Positions 33,397 to 43,096 of a DNA stretch of 43,205 nucleotides are shown here, piece by piece; within the stretch, counting starts at the first letter, position 1; every line of letters starts with the position of its first letter. Position numbers and translations under genes: made by a program. Source of the DNA: a virus. Its lineage: Duplodnaviria > Caudoviricetes. The DNA lies in the IMG/VR virus record IMGVR_UViG_3300037424_000957, positions 1 to 43,205 of that record; one strand, 5' to 3'. Below the pieces are notes generated by a model. The model had not been told where the DNA came from. It did not search any database and saw only the letters and a list, made by a program, of their open reading frames with translations.

Positions 33397-36072
33397 TTGG
33401 ACTTCGAACGCAAAGTAATTGTAAAAGATCAGGAAAGAGATATATTAATAGGGTTAATCATTTCCGGAGATTATCTCAAACAAATAAAAAAATTCTTTGA
33501 CCCCAATCTTTTGTCTCTTCCCTACGCGAGAACTGTTTCAAAATGGTGCATGGAATATTTTGACCAATATCAAAAAGCTCCATACACTGATATTAAATCA
33601 ATATTTGAAACCAGAAAAAGTGAAGTAATTGGGGGCGAGGAAAAGATACAGATAATAGAAACTTTTCTCGAAAGTATTAGTGATAAATTTGAAGCGGAGG
33701 AAGGTCATTATAATGTTGAATATAATTTAGATATTGCGGAAAAGTATTTTAAAGATGCAGCGCTTGAAAAATTAGAACTTCAGATAAAAGGATTCCGGTT
33801 AAAAAAAGATTACGACTCCGCTGACGCAGTAGTAGCTAAATACAAGAGGGTGGAGAAAAACATCTGTGAAGGCATAGATGTGTGGGGACCCGAGGCGAGA
33901 GATACAGCGATAGAAACAGTCCGGTCTTTTGGAGAAGAGGATATACTATTCCGATATCCTGGGGATTTGGGACGGATAATACGTCCTTTCCGGAGAGGAG
34001 ATTTTGTAATATTCACGGCGCCAGCAAAAAGAGGAAAGTGCATCGTGGGTTCTACTCAATTATTGTTGTCTGATGGTTCTATTTCTACAATCAAAGAAAT
34101 CGTAGAAAATAAAAAGAAAGTAAATGTTGTTACTTATAATGAAAAATCTCATAAAATAGAAACAAAGAGAGTGCTAAATTTTTATAACAATGGAATAAAA
34201 AAAGTTTTTGTTTTACAAACAAGATCTGGAAGAAATATAGAATTAACTGAAAATCATCCTCTTTTAACTTTAAATGGGTGGAAAGAGTTAAAATATTTAA
34301 ATATAAAGGAAAGAATAGCCGTTCCTAGGAACTTAGAATTTTTTGGAGAGAAAGAGATAGATACTCCGTTTCTTCGAGTATTGGCTTATTTAATTGCGGA
34401 TGGAGGATTATCTGCAAGTGACATCACTTTTACAAAAAAATCAGATGAAATAATGGATGATTTTATTTTTAATGTTGCTAAACTTGGGGATAAATGTCGT
34501 AGAAGGTCTGATTATATTACTGTTGGAATTTCTAATATGAACATCAGAAAGAGATTAAAAGAAATTGATTATAAGTTTGGAAAATCAATCATTAAAGAAA
34601 TACCGAAGATAATATTTGAATTAAAAAAGGAACAAATAAAAGAGTTCCTTCAAGTTCTGTTTACTTGTGATGGAGGTATTCATATTGTAAATAATAAATA
34701 TAAAAGCATAGAAATAGAATATAGTACCGGAAGTAAAGTAATGATCTATCAAATTCAAAATCTTCTTTTACGATTTGGAATTATCGGTAAAATAAAATCA
34801 ATGTCTGCTATGGGTAAAACCTATTATGCTTTTTCAATAAGACAAAAGAATATGGTAGAAAAATTTAATACAAATATAGGATTTTTATTTCATAAAAAAG
34901 ATGTGTTTAAAGACAATAAAGAGATTAGTCTTTCTAAAAGAGACGGACTTGGGGAGTTAGATTCTTTCCCTTACGAAATAAAAAAAATAATTAAAGATGA
35001 AATTTACAAATGGAAAGATAAAAACAATTGGACCTACACAGATATATGTAAAGATATAATAATAGAAAATTTTTTACATGAATATTATTCAAAACAGAAA
35101 ATAAGCCGTCATAATATAGAAAACATTAATAATGTAATTAAAAGTCCTCTTTTACAATTATATTTAAAATCAGATATTTTTTGGGATGAAATAGTTTCTA
35201 TTGATTATAAGGGTAAAGAAATTGTATATGATATTGAAGTAAAAGATAATCATAATTTCATAGCTAATGATATTGTTATTCATAATAGTTGGTTCTTAAT
35301 CGAGACAGCACTCCTTGCCTCTTTTAGTAGACTTAATGTATTATTTTTAAGCTTTGAGATGCCACAAAAAGATATTTTAATGCGTATTTATCAAAGACTT
35401 ACCGGGCAATTAGTTCTTTACAATAATGAATCTGAAGGTGATGTTAAAATAGATATGCCGTATTTTGATAAAAATTATGATATGAATGGAATTGTGCACC
35501 AAAGAGAAGTTTTAAAACAAGGGTTAAAAGTTTCTACATTATTAAAAAAAATAAAAGGGATACCAACAATTGTAAAAGGGAAAAGATTTAAAATATTAAC
35601 TGCCCCGGCTGGGTCTTGGAGAATTGATACTATAAAAACTCATTTAGATAATTTAGAATATTATGATGACTTTATTCCAGACATGATTGTTTGTGATTAT
35701 GTTGATATAATTGCTCCGGCAAGTAAACAAGAGAAACGACACCAGTTAGATGAAGTATGGCAAGGATGTAGAGCTATAGGACAAGAAAAAAATATTATAT
35801 TTTTGTCTGCCTCACATAGCAATAAGTCAACTTTTTCAAGAAATCAAACTGCTTCAGATATTACAGAAGATTCAAGAAAAAATAATCACATAACCATGTC
35901 GATATCCATCGATCAATTAGAGAAAGAAAAGGAACAGAATTTAGTTCGGTTACATACACTATTAGATCGTGCTGGTGGAGCTTTTGTAGGGAAAGAATGT
36001 GCAGTACTTCAATGTTTATCATGTGGGCAGACAATAGTTGATTCAAGAATAGTTGTAAGGAAAGAAGACTAA
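33397..36072 (+). CDS. dnaB: DnaB-like replicative helicase with intein
   Basis: spliced Walker A APAKRGK|SW, LSFEM, VCDYVD. Confidence 0.88.
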   Translation: MDFERKVIVKDQERDILIGLIISGDYLKQIKKFFDPNLLSLPYARTVSKWCMEYFDQYQKAPYTDIKSIFETRKSEVIGGEEKIQIIETFLESISDKFEAEEGHYNVEYNLDIAEKYFKDAALEKLELQIKGFRLKKDYDSADAVVAKYKRVEKNICEGIDVWGPEARDTAIETVRSFGEEDILFRYPGDLGRIIRPFRRGDFVIFTAPAKRGKCIVGSTQLLLSDGSISTIKEIVENKKKVNVVTYNEKSHKIETKRVLNFYNNGIKKVFVLQTRSGRNIELTENHPLLTLNGWKELKYLNIKERIAVPRNLEFFGEKEIDTPFLRVLAYLIADGGLSASDITFTKKSDEIMDDFIFNVAKLGDKCRRRSDYITVGISNMNIRKRLKEIDYKFGKSIIKEIPKIIFELKKEQIKEFLQVLFTCDGGIHIVNNKYKSIEIEYSTGSKVMIYQIQNLLLRFGIIGKIKSMSAMGKTYYAFSIRQKNMVEKFNTNIGFLFHKKDVFKDNKEISLSKRDGLGELDSFPYEIKKIIKDEIYKWKDKNNWTYTDICKDIIIENFLHEYYSKQKISRHNIENINNVIKSPLLQLYLKSDIFWDEIVSIDYKGKEIVYDIEVKDNHNFIANDIVIHNSWFLIETALLASFSRLNVLFLSFEMPQKDILMRIYQRLTGQLVLYNNESEGDVKIDMPYFDKNYDMNGIVHQREVLKQGLKVSTLLKKIKGIPTIVKGKRFKILTAPAGSWRIDTIKTHLDNLEYYDDFIPDMIVCDYVDIIAPASKQEKRHQLDEVWQGCRAIGQEKNIIFLSASHSNKSTFSRNQTASDITEDSRKNNHITMSISIDQLEKEKEQNLVRLHTLLDRAGGAFVGKECAVLQCLSCGQTIVDSRIVVRKED
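34039..35286 (+). mobile_element. intein with LAGLIDADG homing endonuclease (416 aa)
   Basis: CIVG start, TENHP, LAYLIADGG and LFTCDGG motifs, IVIHN|S end. Confidence 0.93.
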
Positions 36073-36303
36073 ATGAAAAAAGTCCATGACCCCTCAAAGA
36101 ACCCGATATGGAATCATGAAAAGCTAAAAGAGACTACTAAGGTTTTAAAAACTGCAAAATCTTTCCCGGACGCTGCCAGAACGCTCAAGGAAGATAGAGA
36201 ACTGTTACAAACTATAACTTATAAATATAAGATTCCACATCCATGTATGAAATGGGGCGGAGACAGGCGAAGTAAAAATTTTAAGAAAGAAAATAAAGAT
36301 TGA
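36073..36303 (+). CDS. hypothetical protein (HTH-like, GGDRRS)
   Basis: ORF track. Confidence 0.7.
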   Translation: MKKVHDPSKNPIWNHEKLKETTKVLKTAKSFPDAARTLKEDRELLQTITYKYKIPHPCMKWGGDRRSKNFKKENKD

Positions 36304-36333
36304 TTTTTTTAATCAAAAAAGGTGTTATATAAT

Positions 36334-36714
36334 ATGAAACTAAAGAAAGTAGGGACATATAATGCTGGGAATATAAAGTTCACTGTATTTTTATGTCCTG
36401 GTATTGATGGCGAGGGAAAAATAGACCCAACTATTGTAAAAGTTCATCATGAGTTATGGCTTGGAGCAGATGTAGATAATTGGCATGAAATGGTTGATAC
36501 ACTTTTGCATGAAGTTGGGGAGTGTCTTCGAGCTATTTTTAGGTATCGTTATGTTTTAGATAGTGATTATGCTAATCTTAAAAGGGATTGTACTTTTATT
36601 TTAAATCATAATCAATATTCTGATTTATGTGCAAGAGAAGGAATGTTTTTAGCAGAATGTCTTCCGGATCTTGCTGACGCATGGAAACTATGGAAAAAAG
36701 ATAAGAAGAAATAA
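36334..36714 (+). CDS. hypothetical protein with HExxE metallopeptidase-like motif
   Basis: DTLLHEVGE; ATG 36334 follows the promoter motif. Confidence 0.65.
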   Translation: MKLKKVGTYNAGNIKFTVFLCPGIDGEGKIDPTIVKVHHELWLGADVDNWHEMVDTLLHEVGECLRAIFRYRYVLDSDYANLKRDCTFILNHNQYSDLCAREGMFLAECLPDLADAWKLWKKDKKK

Positions 36715-36945
36715 ATGTCGAGAAGAAAACCATATACAGAAGCGGGAATAGCAAGAATTCCTTGTTTTAGATGTGAGAAGCCTTCTTTCTTTCAATGGCA
36801 GGTGTGCAGTGATAATAATGTTTACAGAGGTATATGTAAATCTTGTGATTTAAAATTAAATAAATTAGTTTTAAAATTTATGAAATTCCCAGACTGGAAA
36901 GAAAAATTTGAAAATTATAAAAAAGAAGTGCTCTCGTTGCGGTGA
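36715..36945 (+). CDS. zinc-finger protein
   Basis: CFRC...C...CKSC. Confidence 0.7.
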   Translation: MSRRKPYTEAGIARIPCFRCEKPSFFQWQVCSDNNVYRGICKSCDLKLNKLVLKFMKFPDWKEKFENYKKEVLSLR

Positions 36946-37135
36946 AAAAGCTATAAGAAGATGGGATATGCCTTATAATAAAGGCGAGTATTTTGTATGC
37001 CAAGATTGTTTATTGCTTTTGCTGGAATTAAATTTACGATGGTTAAAAGAAAAATATTGGCATAATAAAATATTAGAATATGAAACTAAATTCGATAAAA
37101 AAGTTTACACAACAAACGGGAGTAAAAAGAAATGA
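36908..37135 (+). CDS. zinc-finger protein
   Basis: CSRC...CQDC; resembles the preceding gene. Confidence 0.6.
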   Translation: MKIIKKKCSRCGEKAIRRWDMPYNKGEYFVCQDCLLLLLELNLRWLKEKYWHNKILEYETKFDKKVYTTNGSKKK

Positions 37136-37398
37136 TTGAATCATATACAGTAGTAATAGCTCAATGTGATAATGAGTCCCCGACAAAAGAATGCTGGGGA
37201 GAATTAATTATTAAATTGGAAGAGGGCGAAACCGTTGAGCAGGCGATAATGTTTCTGCAAACGCAGCAATGGGATGTAAAATTGGATGTTGATGAGAATG
37301 ATGAGACTGTAGTATCCGGATGCTATTGCCCTTATTGTGCCTTTAAAGTTAAAAAAAACAAACCAAAATTAAAGTTGGTGAAAGGAGGTAAACAATGA
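37132..37398 (+). CDS. hypothetical Zn-binding protein
   Basis: CD...C...W...CPYC. Confidence 0.7.
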   Translation: MIESYTVVIAQCDNESPTKECWGELIIKLEEGETVEQAIMFLQTQQWDVKLDVDENDETVVSGCYCPYCAFKVKKNKPKLKLVKGGKQ

Positions 37399-37604
37399 GT
37401 AAGGGCTCTGAGCTATTAGAAGCAAAGGAAGTCGATTTAGAGGCCATTCCTAAAGCCTGTGAGCCGATAAAGGCAACTTTATCAACTTGTAAATGTACAA
37501 TCTGTGGTAAAAAATATGATAAAATACATGAATATAAAGACTGCACAGTATATTATCACGCAAAAGATTGTGAAACAGTTTTAACTGTACCGAAGGAGAA
37601 ATAA
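37395..37604 (+). CDS. hypothetical protein
   Basis: AGGAGG RBS. Confidence 0.7.
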   Translation: MSKGSELLEAKEVDLEAIPKACEPIKATLSTCKCTICGKKYDKIHEYKDCTVYYHAKDCETVLTVPKEK

Positions 37605-37785
37605 AATGTCTTGTAATATTCCAACTAAAAATGAAATTAATAAGGATGCACTTAAATCGAAACAAACTGTTAAACATATTTTTCGCTGGATAATAATAAG
37701 TCTTATCTTCTGGTTATTATTTTTTTACTGCTGTAATAAAATTATTATAATAATTTTTAATTAAAAAAACAAAGGAGAAATAAAA

Positions 37786-38055
37786 ATGTCAGAACACAAC
37801 AGAATCTATGATTTAGGATTGCATCAATCTTTAAAAACAACAGGTAATGGAATTGATATTGAAATTACCCGCGTTCCGGGAGGGTGGATATATAATTTTC
37901 TTACGTTAAAGAAGGATTCAGAGAAGAAGGATTCAGAGAAGAAGGATTCAGAGAAGAAACAGTGGGAAACAAATCTAATATTTGTTCCTTACCATGGTGA
38001 ATTCGAGCAAATGGGTTCCAGTTCTCCGAGTCCTACCCCGAGTTCGGAGGAGTAA
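37786..38055 (+). CDS. hypothetical phage protein (RVPGGWIY...FVP)
   Basis: AAGGAG RBS. Confidence 0.75.
   Translation: MSEHNRIYDLGLHQSLKTTGNGIDIEITRVPGGWIYNFLTLKKDSEKKDSEKKDSEKKQWETNLIFVPYHGEFEQMGSSSPSPTPSSEE
37909..37958 (+). repeat. 3 x 15-bp tandem repeat AAGAAGGATTCAGAG (KKDSE)
   Basis: direct reading. Confidence 0.9.
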
Positions 38056-38224
38056 ATATGAATTGTCCACTATCTTTTAATCATATTGAACTGCCATGCC
38101 GTAAAGAAAATTGCGGTTGGTGGAATAAAAAAGGAGATGAATGTTCAGTTGCAACTATTGCAAAAAATGGAATGGAAAAGCCTAAATTTACTGGTATACA
38201 ATATAAAACAAAGAAGGATAAGAT

Positions 38225-41200
38225 ATGAGTCAATCTTTTATTCATATCCACAATCACGATTTTTTATCACTTTTGGACGGATTTGGTAAAACAGAAGATT
38301 ATGTAAAAACAGCTGCAAAAATGGGATTTACGCATCTTGCAATCAGTAATCACGGTAATATTGATTCTGTAATTAAATTCCAAAACGCTTGCGAAAAATA
38401 TAAGATTACTCCAATTTTCGCGATGGAAGCATACATGGTCCCGGACGTTACCATTCGAGAAAAGGGCGAGAAACGAGCTCATATAGTCTTATATGCAAGA
38501 AATCAAACCGGTTGGGAAAACATTCTTAAATTAGTAACTAAATCCTATTTAGAAGGGTTCTACTACAAGCCTCGTATTTCTCCATCATGGCTTTATGAGC
38601 ATATAGACGGACTTTTGATTACAACGGCTTGTTCATCATCTTTTCTTGTATTTGATTGGGGGGAAGAAGTTTTACAAAATTTAATTAAACTAAATAAAGA
38701 AAACATCTTCTTAGAAATAATGCCTCATCAATTTCCGGAGCAAATTGAATTAAATAAAAAATGCTTATCCTTATCAAAAAAATATGATTTAAAGATGGTA
38801 GTAAGTAATGACGCGCACGTAGTTAATCAAGAAGATTCAATTTGTCAGGAAGTATTACTTGCGGTTCAAACTAAGAAATTATGGTCAGATCCTAACAGAT
38901 GGAAGTTCCAGGACTCCGGCAGCTACTACTTAAAAGATAAAATGGAGATGGCTCAGGGATTCCGAAAACAAGGAGTCCTGGAATGGGAAGATTATAACGG
39001 AGCCTTTAAAAACACTTTGGAGATAGCTGAGAAATGCTCTGGATTCACTCACATTGATAAAAAAAGAATAAGTTTACCTGTGGTTCCGGAATTAGCATGG
39101 GAAGATGATGTTGTAGCTTTGAAAAAACTTTGTCTTGAAGGATTTGCAAAATTAAAAATAAATGTGAGAGACAGAGAAACATATCAAAAGCGTCTTGATG
39201 AAGAATTGAAACTTATTATTGCAAAGGACTTCACGAGATACTTTTTAATTGTCTGGGAAGTTGTGAAGTGGTGTAAAGAAAATGATGTGATGACTGGTTT
39301 TAACAGAGGTTCAGCCGGGAGCTCTCTTGTTTGTTATTGTTTAGGGATTACAAAAATAGACCCTATTAAATATAATTTATTATTTGCCAGGTTCATATCG
39401 AGTGATAGAATTGATTATCCGGATTGCGACCTTGATATAGAAGATATTAAAAGACATCTCGTTAAAGAACATATAGAACAAATTTATGGAAAACATAATG
39501 TCGCAGGTTTAAGTACTTTTTCTATAATGAAAGGGAAAGGAGCTATTAGAGATGTGAGCCGGGTATTTAGTATTCCTCTTATAGATGTGAACATAGTATG
39601 TAAGGCGCTTGAATCAAAGCTAAAGGGTGATGAAGGATATAATCATACTGTTTCTGATACGTTTAACGACACTGAGGAAGGTAAGAGGTTTACAAAAAAA
39701 TATCCGGAAATTGCAGAAATAGCTATAAAGATGGAAGGAACTGTTAGGAATTGTGTTGATGGTAGAGCTTATGTTTATATGTTAAATAGTAAGAATAAAA
39801 TAAAAAGAAAAATGGTCCAGAATCTTTATAATGATGATTATAAAGATATAAAAATAAGAGCTTATGATTTTAAAAATGATCGTTTATTTTTTGATAATAT
39901 TGAAGAAATTTTATATAAAGGAGAACAAGAAACTATTGAATTTCATGTTGGGAAGAATAAGGTTTCGATTACAAAAGATCATAAAATTCTTACTAAATCT
40001 GGTTGGAAAGAAGCAAAAGACATCGTTGTTGATGAATATATAGCTTTTAATGGGATTAAAAAAAACAACATTCCTTGGAATAAGGGATTGAAAAATGTAC
40101 AAACACCATGGAATAAAGGATTAAGGGGGGTGATGAAAGCATGGAATAAGGGACTAACAAAAGAAACCAATGAAATAGCCAGAAGGTCTTCTGAAAGAAT
40201 GAAAAAAAATAATCCTATGTTTAATAAGGAATCCAGGGAAAAACAGGGAAATAAAATAAGAAAGCACGGATTTTATTCTAAAGATTTTAAATATTATTTA
40301 AAAAACAAAGCAATTTGTAACAGATGTGGTTCTAATAAAAAACTAGATGTTCATCATAGAGATAGAGATCATAAAAATAACAATATCGGTAATTGGGAAA
40401 TATTGTGTAAAAAATGCCACGCTAAAGAACATAATCATAAAATGGAAATAAACCCAGAAATGACAATTAAATATAGAAAAGTCAAAAGAATTAATTCTTC
40501 TGGTAAAAAATATGTTTATGATATAGTTATGAAAAGTGAAAATCATAACTTTGTGTGTGAAAAGTTTATTTTACATAATTGTGGAACTCATGCTTCCGCT
40601 ATTATTATAGCGAATGAAGATCTTCGTAATGGCAAACAATGTGCACTTCGATTAGGCAAAGACAAGGAACCTATTATCAATTGGGATAAAGATGATGCCG
40701 AATATATGGGCCTTATGAAAATAGATTTTTTAGGGCTCAGTATGCTTTCTATTCTTAAAGAGGCTAAAAATTTAATTAAAGAAAATCATGATATTGATAT
40801 AGATTATGATAATATTTCTCTCGATGATAAAAGAGTTTATTATCAATTTAGTAAAGGCAATAATATTGGTTGCTTCCAGGTTGGCAGCCCGGGTCTTATA
40901 GAGTATTGTCAAAAATTAGAGATAGAAAGCTTTGATATGCTTGTTCATGCAGTTGCTTTGTATAGACCTGGAACTTTAAAAAACGGGGAAAGTGAGGTCT
41001 TCATACAGAGGAAAAGAGGGGATAGACAAGTTCCTAAGCAGCATCCTCTTGTAGATAAAATAACAAAAGATACATATGGGATATTATTATACCAAGAACA
41101 AATTATGCAATTAGCAAATGAAGTCGCAGGACTTGATTGGGCAGTTGCGGAAAAAATAAGGAAAATTATTGCAAAGTCAAAGGGACAGGAAGCACTAAGA

Positions 41201-41782
41201 CAATATGCAGATCAATTCATAAACGGATGCGTTAAAAACAAAACTTTAGACGAAGAAGAAGCAACTAATTTATGGGAACAAATTGTAACATGTGGAGATT
41301 ATATATTTAATTTAAGCCACGCATGTGGTTACAGCATAATTACTTACTTTTGTCAATGGCTCAAAGTCTATTACCCCACAGAGTTCATCTGTGCACTGCT
41401 CACTTTCGGTAGCGAAGACGAAGACAAAAAACAGGAATACATAGAAGAAGCATTCCGACTTGGCATAGAGGTTCGTCCCCCAAAATTGGGTATAAGCGAT
41501 TCCTATCTCTGGGCTATTAAAAATGATATCCTTTATACTCCCTTTATTGAAATCAAAGGAATAGGAGATAAAACTGCTGTTGCGTTTACTCAAAGTGAAA
41601 GTAATGTAGGCTTTTATAAAAAAGATGGTAAGGATAAAAAAATTTCCTCTAAATTTATGAAGATTTTAGATGAGATAAAAGCGAAAGAGGATATTCCGGT
41701 AGATAAGGAACAAATCGAGAAATTAACTCCCTTTTTTAAGTTCTCTTTTGAAAATAAAGGCAAAAAATGGTATAAGGATTAA
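38225..41782 (+). CDS. dnaE: DNA polymerase III alpha subunit with intein
   Basis: PHP HIHNH...SLLDG, RGSAGSSL, YPDCDLD, G.HAS, KIDFLGL, LYQEQIM, FNLSHA. Confidence 0.93.
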   Translation: MSQSFIHIHNHDFLSLLDGFGKTEDYVKTAAKMGFTHLAISNHGNIDSVIKFQNACEKYKITPIFAMEAYMVPDVTIREKGEKRAHIVLYARNQTGWENILKLVTKSYLEGFYYKPRISPSWLYEHIDGLLITTACSSSFLVFDWGEEVLQNLIKLNKENIFLEIMPHQFPEQIELNKKCLSLSKKYDLKMVVSNDAHVVNQEDSICQEVLLAVQTKKLWSDPNRWKFQDSGSYYLKDKMEMAQGFRKQGVLEWEDYNGAFKNTLEIAEKCSGFTHIDKKRISLPVVPELAWEDDVVALKKLCLEGFAKLKINVRDRETYQKRLDEELKLIIAKDFTRYFLIVWEVVKWCKENDVMTGFNRGSAGSSLVCYCLGITKIDPIKYNLLFARFISSDRIDYPDCDLDIEDIKRHLVKEHIEQIYGKHNVAGLSTFSIMKGKGAIRDVSRVFSIPLIDVNIVCKALESKLKGDEGYNHTVSDTFNDTEEGKRFTKKYPEIAEIAIKMEGTVRNCVDGRAYVYMLNSKNKIKRKMVQNLYNDDYKDIKIRAYDFKNDRLFFDNIEEILYKGEQETIEFHVGKNKVSITKDHKILTKSGWKEAKDIVVDEYIAFNGIKKNNIPWNKGLKNVQTPWNKGLRGVMKAWNKGLTKETNEIARRSSERMKKNNPMFNKESREKQGNKIRKHGFYSKDFKYYLKNKAICNRCGSNKKLDVHHRDRDHKNNNIGNWEILCKKCHAKEHNHKMEINPEMTIKYRKVKRINSSGKKYVYDIVMKSENHNFVCEKFILHNCGTHASAIIIANEDLRNGKQCALRLGKDKEPIINWDKDDAEYMGLMKIDFLGLSMLSILKEAKNLIKENHDIDIDYDNISLDDKRVYYQFSKGNNIGCFQVGSPGLIEYCQKLEIESFDMLVHAVALYRPGTLKNGESEVFIQRKRGDRQVPKQHPLVDKITKDTYGILLYQEQIMQLANEVAGLDWAVAEKIRKIIAKSKGQEALRQYADQFINGCVKNKTLDEEEATNLWEQIVTCGDYIFNLSHACGYSIITYFCQWLKVYYPTEFICALLTFGSEDEDKKQEYIEEAFRLGIEVRPPKLGISDSYLWAIKNDILYTPFIEIKGIGDKTAVAFTQSESNVGFYKKDGKDKKISSKFMKILDEIKAKEDIPVDKEQIEKLTPFFKFSFENKGKKWYKD
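39752..40579 (+). mobile_element. intein with NUMOD3-like WNKG repeats and HNH endonuclease (276 aa)
   Basis: CVDG start, TKDH, 3x WNKG, CNRC...VHHRDRD..NN...N...C..CH, FILHN|C end. Confidence 0.92.
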
Positions 41783-41847
41783 AAATTGTTAATCTTTCAC
41801 TGTTTAAAACCTGTTATATATGTATAAAACAAATTATAGGAGGAAGT

Positions 41848-42204
41848 ATGGAAGATTTAGAAAAAGTTGTTGAGGAAAAGTATGAAGGTGCTTTTGTGTC
41901 TTCTTTAAAGCGCAATAATGCTAAGATAAGAGCAGACCGCGCACAGGCAATCGAAGAAGATGCACAGGTAAAGTATCAGAGAATGGTTCAGGATATTGAG
42001 TTGAAAATAAAGCAGCTTAAGAGAGATCAGGAAAACATGCTTGATCTTAGTCCGGACAATGCGATGAGCCTTAAACTTGCCAGTGAATTTGATGCCAATG
42101 AATATGTTACAAAAGATTTGGATATCGGCGTTAAAATTCGCAATGAAGAAATCCGGCTTGAAATTGCACAAAGAAGATACGCTTATCTTTTTGGAGGTAA
42201 ATAA
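41848..42204 (+). CDS. coiled-coil hypothetical protein
   Basis: AGGAGG RBS; coupled to the vWA gene. Confidence 0.85.
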   Translation: MEDLEKVVEEKYEGAFVSSLKRNNAKIRADRAQAIEEDAQVKYQRMVQDIELKIKQLKRDQENMLDLSPDNAMSLKLASEFDANEYVTKDLDIGVKIRNEEIRLEIAQRRYAYLFGGK

Positions 42205-43094
42205 TGGGCGGTGGAAGCTATTCGATAAACAGTTCAACTGGTGCATATGATAGGTCTATAAGAGAAGCACATGTTACAGCTTATGCTGGTATTGATTATA
42301 AAACAAAAAGCCGGGAAGAGTTATTTACTCAAAGAAATATCAATAATGCAATGAGCCCTTATGGAGTAAAAGTACGCGAATCCAGGGACTCCGCTGAACA
42401 TCCAAATTCATTAGCAATTATTATTGCCCTTGATGAGACTGGTTCTATGGGTTCGGTTCCTCATTATCTTGTAAAAGAAGGATTTCCGGATATTATGGGA
42501 AATATAATCCAGAAAGGTGAAAAAGATCCTCAGGTTATGTTTCTCGGAATAGGGGATCATGAATGTGATGAAGCTCCTCTTCAGGTAAGTCAATTTGAAT
42601 CAAGCGATGAACTCCTTGATAAATGGCTTACGACAGTTTATTTGGAAGGTGGAGGTGGTGGAAACAACGGAGAGAGTTATTCCCTTGCATGGTATTTTGC
42701 GGCGCAGCATACTTCTATTGACTGTTTTGAAAAAAGAGGACGTAAGGGCTTTCTATTCACAATAGGTGATGAACCAGTATTAAAAATTATCCCAGCACAT
42801 ATCTTGAAGAAACTCATGGGTGAAGGTCAATATGAAAATTATACTGCTGAAAAACTTTATGATATGGCAAGAGAAAAATATAATGTTTTTCATGTCCATA
42901 TTAAAGAAACAAGTTCCGGCAGCAGACAACGGGTTATAGATGGTTGGAAACAGCTTTTAACAGATAATCTTATCGTAGCGGAAAGACATGAAGATGTAGC
43001 GAAGTTAATCGCGGATAAGATCAATGAAGTAAAGTCTAAACCTTTTATTGGACTTGATCCTGGGAAGAAAGCAGAGACAGAAGAGATACTATAA
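42204..43094 (+). CDS. vWA-domain protein
   Basis: MIDAS-like LDETGSMG, GGGG..ESY, IGDE; MGGGSYS N-terminus. Confidence 0.85.
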   Translation: MGGGSYSINSSTGAYDRSIREAHVTAYAGIDYKTKSREELFTQRNINNAMSPYGVKVRESRDSAEHPNSLAIIIALDETGSMGSVPHYLVKEGFPDIMGNIIQKGEKDPQVMFLGIGDHECDEAPLQVSQFESSDELLDKWLTTVYLEGGGGGNNGESYSLAWYFAAQHTSIDCFEKRGRKGFLFTIGDEPVLKIIPAHILKKLMGEGQYENYTAEKLYDMAREKYNVFHVHIKETSSGSRQRVIDGWKQLLTDNLIVAERHEDVAKLIADKINEVKSKPFIGLDPGKKAETEEIL

Positions 43095-43096
43095 TT

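Noticed and set aside
37909-37958. KKDSE x3 repeat as a functional element
   Set aside because: Simple in-frame slippage expansion in a probable loop; nothing further supports a role
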